A DNA stretch of 47,858 nt, taken from the NCBI GenBank assembly GCA_938030595.1, contig CALHIB010000003.1, forward strand, positions 1-47,858. The letters run 5' to 3'. Source of the DNA: an uncultured Rhizobiaceae group bacterium. GTDB lineage: Bacteria; Pseudomonadota; Alphaproteobacteria; Rhizobiales; Rhizobiaceae. The position numbers were made by a program, and so were the translations under genes. Below, one piece after another: positions 43,785 through 47,858 of this stretch (position 1 is the first letter of the stretch; every line of letters begins with the position of its first letter). The notes beneath the pieces were generated by a model. The model searched no databases. It was not told the DNA's origin and saw only the letters and a program-made list of their open reading frames with translations.

Positions 43785-46136
43785 TTATTGGGTTTCTTTA
43801 TCCAAGTTGCTATGAGCTTGGGAAATTGGAATTCTCAAGGATACGATTGTACCCTTGTTGTTCATTGAACGGATTTTCATCGCGCCACCATGCATCTCTG
43901 CCAGGGAACGGGAAATTGCCAGACCAAGTCCTGAACCTTTATGGCTTTTGGTGAATTGGTTTTGAACTTGCTCGAACGGCTTGCCGAGTTTTTTCAGGTC
44001 TTTCTTGGAGATGCCGATGCCATCATCTTCCAGTGAGATTGTAATGCAATTGCCGCGCTTACGAGCACGAATTTGAATACGCCCACCATCATTTGAAAAT
44101 TTCACAGCATTGGAAAGCAGGTTAATCAAAATCTGTTTTATGGCACGGCGATCAGCTTCAAGATTGAGTTTGGAAGAAACACTGTCTTCGATATTCAGGT
44201 TGCGTTCCTGCGATTGGTGCGAAACAATCCGCATCGTTTCTTCGATCATCTCATTGAGATTGAAAGTCTCATAGTTTAATTCAAACCGACCTGCTTCAAT
44301 TTTTGACATATCCAAAACATCATTAATCATGCCGAGAAGGTAGCTGCCGCTTTCATAGATGTCGTGTGCGTATTCTTCGTATTTTGCAGAACCGAGTGGC
44401 CCAAACATACCTTCGTTCATGATTTCCGAAAAACCGATAATAGCATTAAGTGGTGTGCGAAGTTCATGCGAAATATTGGCAAGAAATTCTGACTTCGTCT
44501 GATTGGCTGCTTCTGCGCGCTGCGTTTCTGCAGCGTATTTCTCAGCCATTTCAGCAAGCTTGCGTTTTTGATCTTCAAGCGTAATACGCGACTTCTCCAA
44601 ATCAGAGACGGTTGCCATCAAGCGTTTTTCTGATTCCATCAGTTTGGTTTCATGAAGCTTAATCGGTGTAATATCTGTACCGACTGAAACAAACCCGCCG
44701 TCTTTGGTGTGACGTTCATTAATTTGAAGCCAACGCCCATCATCCAGTTGTACTTCCAGTGTTCTGGTACTTTCATCCTCATCTAGGCTGCGTAATTTCT
44801 GATTGCTTACTTGTGGCGATGTTGCTTGCTTCATTACAGCGTCATATGGCATTCCGGCACTTAACCAGTTTGGATCGAGCTGGTGCAACTGCTGATACTT
44901 TGAATTACACATCACAAGACGTTTTTCATCATCCCACAAAACAAAAGCTTCCGGCAAGTTCTCAATAGCATCATGCAGGCGCATGTCTTTTTGATAGCTT
45001 GCCTGCTCCATAATGCGTTGATCTGTAATATCTTCCGCAATACCCACAAGGCGAGGTCGCGAACCTTCAATACCGGCAAGTTCGACTTTTAATCGGATCC
45101 AGCACCAATCGCCCATTCCGTTCTGCATTCTAAATATTTGCTCAACATGAGTTAAATTCTGTTCCAGCACACGACAAGCAAGGGAATATAAATCAACATC
45201 ATCTGGATGAACCAGCTTGGAAACCTCTGCAAACCCGATAATCTCTTCACGCGGTTTCATGCCCAAGAGTTCAAACATCGACTTGGACCAGTAAAATTGC
45301 CCTCTCGACAAATCCCAATCCCACAGTCCGCAACCGCCACGCATAAGTGCTGTATCAAAGCGGTTTTGAACTTCGGAATATATACCATCAGCCTCACGCG
45401 CTCTCGCACTCTGGGCAAAATAGGCGTATAAAATAACAAGCAGAATGGATGAAGTTCCGACAAACAATGTCACATTCAAGGAAACATTCTGACGCCATTT
45501 TTCAAAAATAAAGCTTTCAGGCTGAACCAGCGTCACACCACCAAAAGGTTTGCCTAATATGCGATGCACACCAATTGCTGGCTCCCCAATCGCAGTGGTG
45601 ATGCTTCTGGCCTCTGCTCGCTCACCAAAAGTCGTAAGTAAAAGAACATCACCCAAGATGGCATCAAGTGGCTGGCCATGAATTTCTGGACGATATGGAA
45701 TACTGGCAATGATAGAACCTGCACGATTGGTCAAAACAACGTTGCGACCGTTAGAGCGGTATTTTGCGGGGATTGTATCCGAGATTAAGTTTTGCAGTTT
45801 ATTTGGCGTCGGTAATTGCTCGTCGGGCAAAGGAATGGCAAAGAGTTTTTGCTCGATCAATTCTGCAATATAATGCATCTCTGTGTTAACTTGGCTGCGA
45901 ATGACATCAGCTTGTGATTGCAAGGACATCCATCTTGCAGCACCTGCAATGACCAGGAATAAAACAATTAACGCCGGGACTAACCGACGTAAAAATGTTT
46001 CTGATTTCAGTAAATTTTCATAAGCAGGATGGCTCAATTGTCTGGCGTAGCCTGCAACTACTGTTGCAGAACTATCGCCTTTCAATCGCAATAAACCCTT
46101 ACGGTGTCGCACATGATGCGCCTCCGTCTGAGACAT
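43785..46136 (-). CDS. Membrane PAS-domain sensor histidine kinase with PleC/DivJ-type H-box (PleC-like architecture)
   Basis: 783 aa. Two TM segments bracket a periplasmic loop of about 170 aa, followed by PAS repeats. H-box FLANISHELRTPLNAIIGFSE, N-box LINLLSNAVKFS, G-boxes DDGIGI and GSGLGLAISR. Confidence 0.9.
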   Translation of the reverse strand: MSQTEAHHVRHRKGLLRLKGDSSATVVAGYARQLSHPAYENLLKSETFLRRLVPALIVLFLVIAGAARWMSLQSQADVIRSQVNTEMHYIAELIEQKLFAIPLPDEQLPTPNKLQNLISDTIPAKYRSNGRNVVLTNRAGSIIASIPYRPEIHGQPLDAILGDVLLLTTFGERAEARSITTAIGEPAIGVHRILGKPFGGVTLVQPESFIFEKWRQNVSLNVTLFVGTSSILLVILYAYFAQSARAREADGIYSEVQNRFDTALMRGGCGLWDWDLSRGQFYWSKSMFELLGMKPREEIIGFAEVSKLVHPDDVDLYSLACRVLEQNLTHVEQIFRMQNGMGDWCWIRLKVELAGIEGSRPRLVGIAEDITDQRIMEQASYQKDMRLHDAIENLPEAFVLWDDEKRLVMCNSKYQQLHQLDPNWLSAGMPYDAVMKQATSPQVSNQKLRSLDEDESTRTLEVQLDDGRWLQINERHTKDGGFVSVGTDITPIKLHETKLMESEKRLMATVSDLEKSRITLEDQKRKLAEMAEKYAAETQRAEAANQTKSEFLANISHELRTPLNAIIGFSEIMNEGMFGPLGSAKYEEYAHDIYESGSYLLGMINDVLDMSKIEAGRFELNYETFNLNEMIEETMRIVSHQSQERNLNIEDSVSSKLNLEADRRAIKQILINLLSNAVKFSNDGGRIQIRARKRGNCITISLEDDGIGISKKDLKKLGKPFEQVQNQFTKSHKGSGLGLAISRSLAEMHGGAMKIRSMNNKGTIVSLRIPISQAHSNLDKETQ

Positions 46137-46265
46137 CGCAGGCCTCCTCGTTTGTTCAATAATTTCAGCCGCCGCCGTGCTGCCGAATCAGTACCACAAT
46201 GAATCATCTGGAATCCCCTTGTCCAGCCCTGTTAATGATTTATTTACTTGGGAAGCAAAATAAAT

Positions 46266-47858
46266 TTAACCGGCAAGCGTTCTTCCCAAAATATCAGCTG
46301 TATCACGCGATAATTCACCAGACTTTTCAATTTTGCGCAGCGCTGCTTCTGCAAGTTTTCTGCGTGCTGGTTCTAAAGAGCGATATGATCTAAAAGCCGT
46401 CAGCATACGGGCTGTAACTTGTGGGTTGATTTTATCAAGTTTGATAAGCGCATCTGCCATCAACATGTAGCCTTTGCCATTGGCAGCGTTAAACGCAGTT
46501 TGATTACCCATAGCGAAAACACCAAGCAGAGAACGAAAGCGGTTAGGATTGTTAAACGTAAAATCCTCGTGCTTCATCAGCTTGCGAACACTCGTAATGG
46601 TCGAAGCTGAAGGTTTGGACGCCTGCACGGCAAACCATTTGTCCAGCACAATATGATCTTTGTGGTAACGCTTGTAAAAATGAGCAAGCACTTGCTCGCG
46701 TTCTGCTTTGTTTGGATGGTGATGTACGATTGTTCTAAGGGCGTTAAAGCGATCTGTCATGTTGTCAGATTTTTTATAATCACGAACAATATCGCTTAAT
46801 GCCGATTTGGATTTACTGGCAACACCATAAGCCATAACAAGACCGCGAAGACTGCGTTTGCCGGCTTCTTCAGCACTTGCAGAATATGTTGCGGAACTTT
46901 TTATTGAAGAAAGCAGTTTTTTGCGTGATGGTTCAAAGGTTTTCCCAAGCGCTGTCGTAAGTGCAGATAGTGATTTTGAAATTGCGTCCGGGTTTACATT
47001 CTTGCCAACGGATTGAGCCAAGTCGCCTTCACTTGGTAGCGATAATATTGTTGCGCGATAAGCCGCCTCAAGATTTTCATCAAGAAGAATATTTAACGAG
47101 ATATCAAGAAACTTCGGGTCGATTTTCATAGGCTTACCCGCTTGAATTGATCGACATCCTGCTAGCAGAAGTTTGGTTGCATAGTTTTGATATGCCTGCC
47201 ATCGGCTAAAGGTATCTGTGTCGTTGGCTGCCAGAAATGCCAAGTCAGTTGACGATTGGCGGTAGTCAATTTCTATAGGGGCAGTAAAGCCACGATTTAG
47301 GCTTAGAACAGGGCGCTCTTTAATCCCACTAAAGACAACCTTATGCTTGCGCTTTGTTAAATGTAAGATGTCGCCTTGATACTCAGCACCTGTAACTATG
47401 TCAGGTTTGATATCTTTGCCATTAGAACCAATCAAGCCAATTTTTTGAGGAATATAAACTGGCAGTTTGCGCTTTTGCCCGGGCGTTGATGGAGTGAATT
47501 GTTCGAACTCCAAAACAAAGCTTTCCTTGGATTTGTCATAGCTCGAAGAAACGTTTAGGAGTGGTGTGCCTGCTTGTGAGTACCAAAGGGAAAACTGTGA
47601 CAAGTCAACTTTGGCGGCTTTCTCAAAACAGATAAGAAATTCTTCTATTGTAGCTGCATCCCCGTCATGGCGCTTTAAATAAAGATCCATACCTTTTTTA
47701 AATTTCTTTTCACCCAAAATGGTAGCCAACATGCGAATAAGCTCTGCACCTTTTTGGTAGACCGTAGCGGTATAGAAATTGTTGATCTCACGGTAGGTTT
47801 CAGGGCGAACAGGATGAGCCAATGGGCCTGCATCTTCAGGGAACTGACCTGCCTTCAA
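46266..47858 (-). CDS. pepN: Aminopeptidase N (M1 family), C-terminal part; partial, N-terminus lies beyond the right edge
   Basis: The 530 aa start after the catalytic domain (...AGPLAHPVRPETY...FYTATVYQKGAELIRML...) and continue through the ERAP1-like C-terminal domain typical of PepN. Confidence 0.93.
   Translation of the reverse strand: MKAGQFPEDAGPLAHPVRPETYREINNFYTATVYQKGAELIRMLATILGEKKFKKGMDLYLKRHDGDAATIEEFLICFEKAAKVDLSQFSLWYSQAGTPLLNVSSSYDKSKESFVLEFEQFTPSTPGQKRKLPVYIPQKIGLIGSNGKDIKPDIVTGAEYQGDILHLTKRKHKVVFSGIKERPVLSLNRGFTAPIEIDYRQSSTDLAFLAANDTDTFSRWQAYQNYATKLLLAGCRSIQAGKPMKIDPKFLDISLNILLDENLEAAYRATILSLPSEGDLAQSVGKNVNPDAISKSLSALTTALGKTFEPSRKKLLSSIKSSATYSASAEEAGKRSLRGLVMAYGVASKSKSALSDIVRDYKKSDNMTDRFNALRTIVHHHPNKAEREQVLAHFYKRYHKDHIVLDKWFAVQASKPSASTITSVRKLMKHEDFTFNNPNRFRSLLGVFAMGNQTAFNAANGKGYMLMADALIKLDKINPQVTARMLTAFRSYRSLEPARRKLAEAALRKIEKSGELSRDTADILGRTLAG

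Noticed and set aside
1-47858. I looked for CRISPR arrays, tRNA/rRNA genes, IS elements/transposases, integrons, toxin-antitoxin pairs and known defence-system signatures.
   Set aside because: By eye I found no regularly spaced direct repeats, no cloverleaf-like GC-rich 75-nt blocks in intergenic regions, no transposase or integrase-like translations, and no nuclease, ATPase or methylase defence-like ORFs. The intergenic regions are short except 1556-1937, 2750-2950, 5035-5278, 8943-9118 and 14000-14192. A covariance-model scan (tRNAscan, Infernal) would be needed to exclude small ncRNAs formally.

Overview
This window looks like a chromosomal segment from a low-GC alphaproteobacterium. The gene order resembles Hyphomicrobiales/Rhizobiales: MucR/Ros, then a feuPQ-like two-component system, cycHJKL (ccmIEFH), degP, a second two-component system, glnE and pepN.

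The centre of the window (about 14.0-28.2 kb) holds a complete, intact RcGTA-type gene transfer agent (GTA) head-tail cluster. It runs from a g1-like small gene through TerL, portal, protease, HK97 capsid, connectors, tail tube, chaperones, a short tape measure and g12-g15. Housekeeping genes flank it. I see no integrase, repressor, replication genes, tRNA, IS element or CRISPR array anywhere in the window.

The points most worth follow-up are these:
1. An overlapping gene pair at 2.95-4.24 kb, next to mucR. It has a DnaA-domain-IV-like HTH protein followed by a 277-aa partner, and looks like a split GafA (GafY/GafZ-type) GTA activator/anti-terminator.
2. A sigma70-like promoter followed by an intrinsic terminator in the leader upstream of g1, plus a second intrinsic terminator straight after the capsid gene. 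Both fit anti-termination control.
3. Three tightly packed small genes directly downstream of g15: a 2-TM holin-like protein, then an N-terminally anchored protein that overlaps, in another reading frame, a lipoprotein gene. That arrangement matches a holin plus overlapped i-/o-spanin lysis cassette physically linked to the GTA.
4. Several small ORFs and recoding-like signals missing from the ORF track: an A AAA AAG heptamer at the g1/TerL frame junction, a 46-aa ORF bridging g7-g8 exactly, a 3-TM protein at the g3.5 position, and a 56-aa ORF at 9.1 kb.
5. An orphan HEXXH metallopeptidase-like gene immediately upstream of the GTA promoter.

All functional assignments come from reading the translations and from family knowledge. 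No database search was run.
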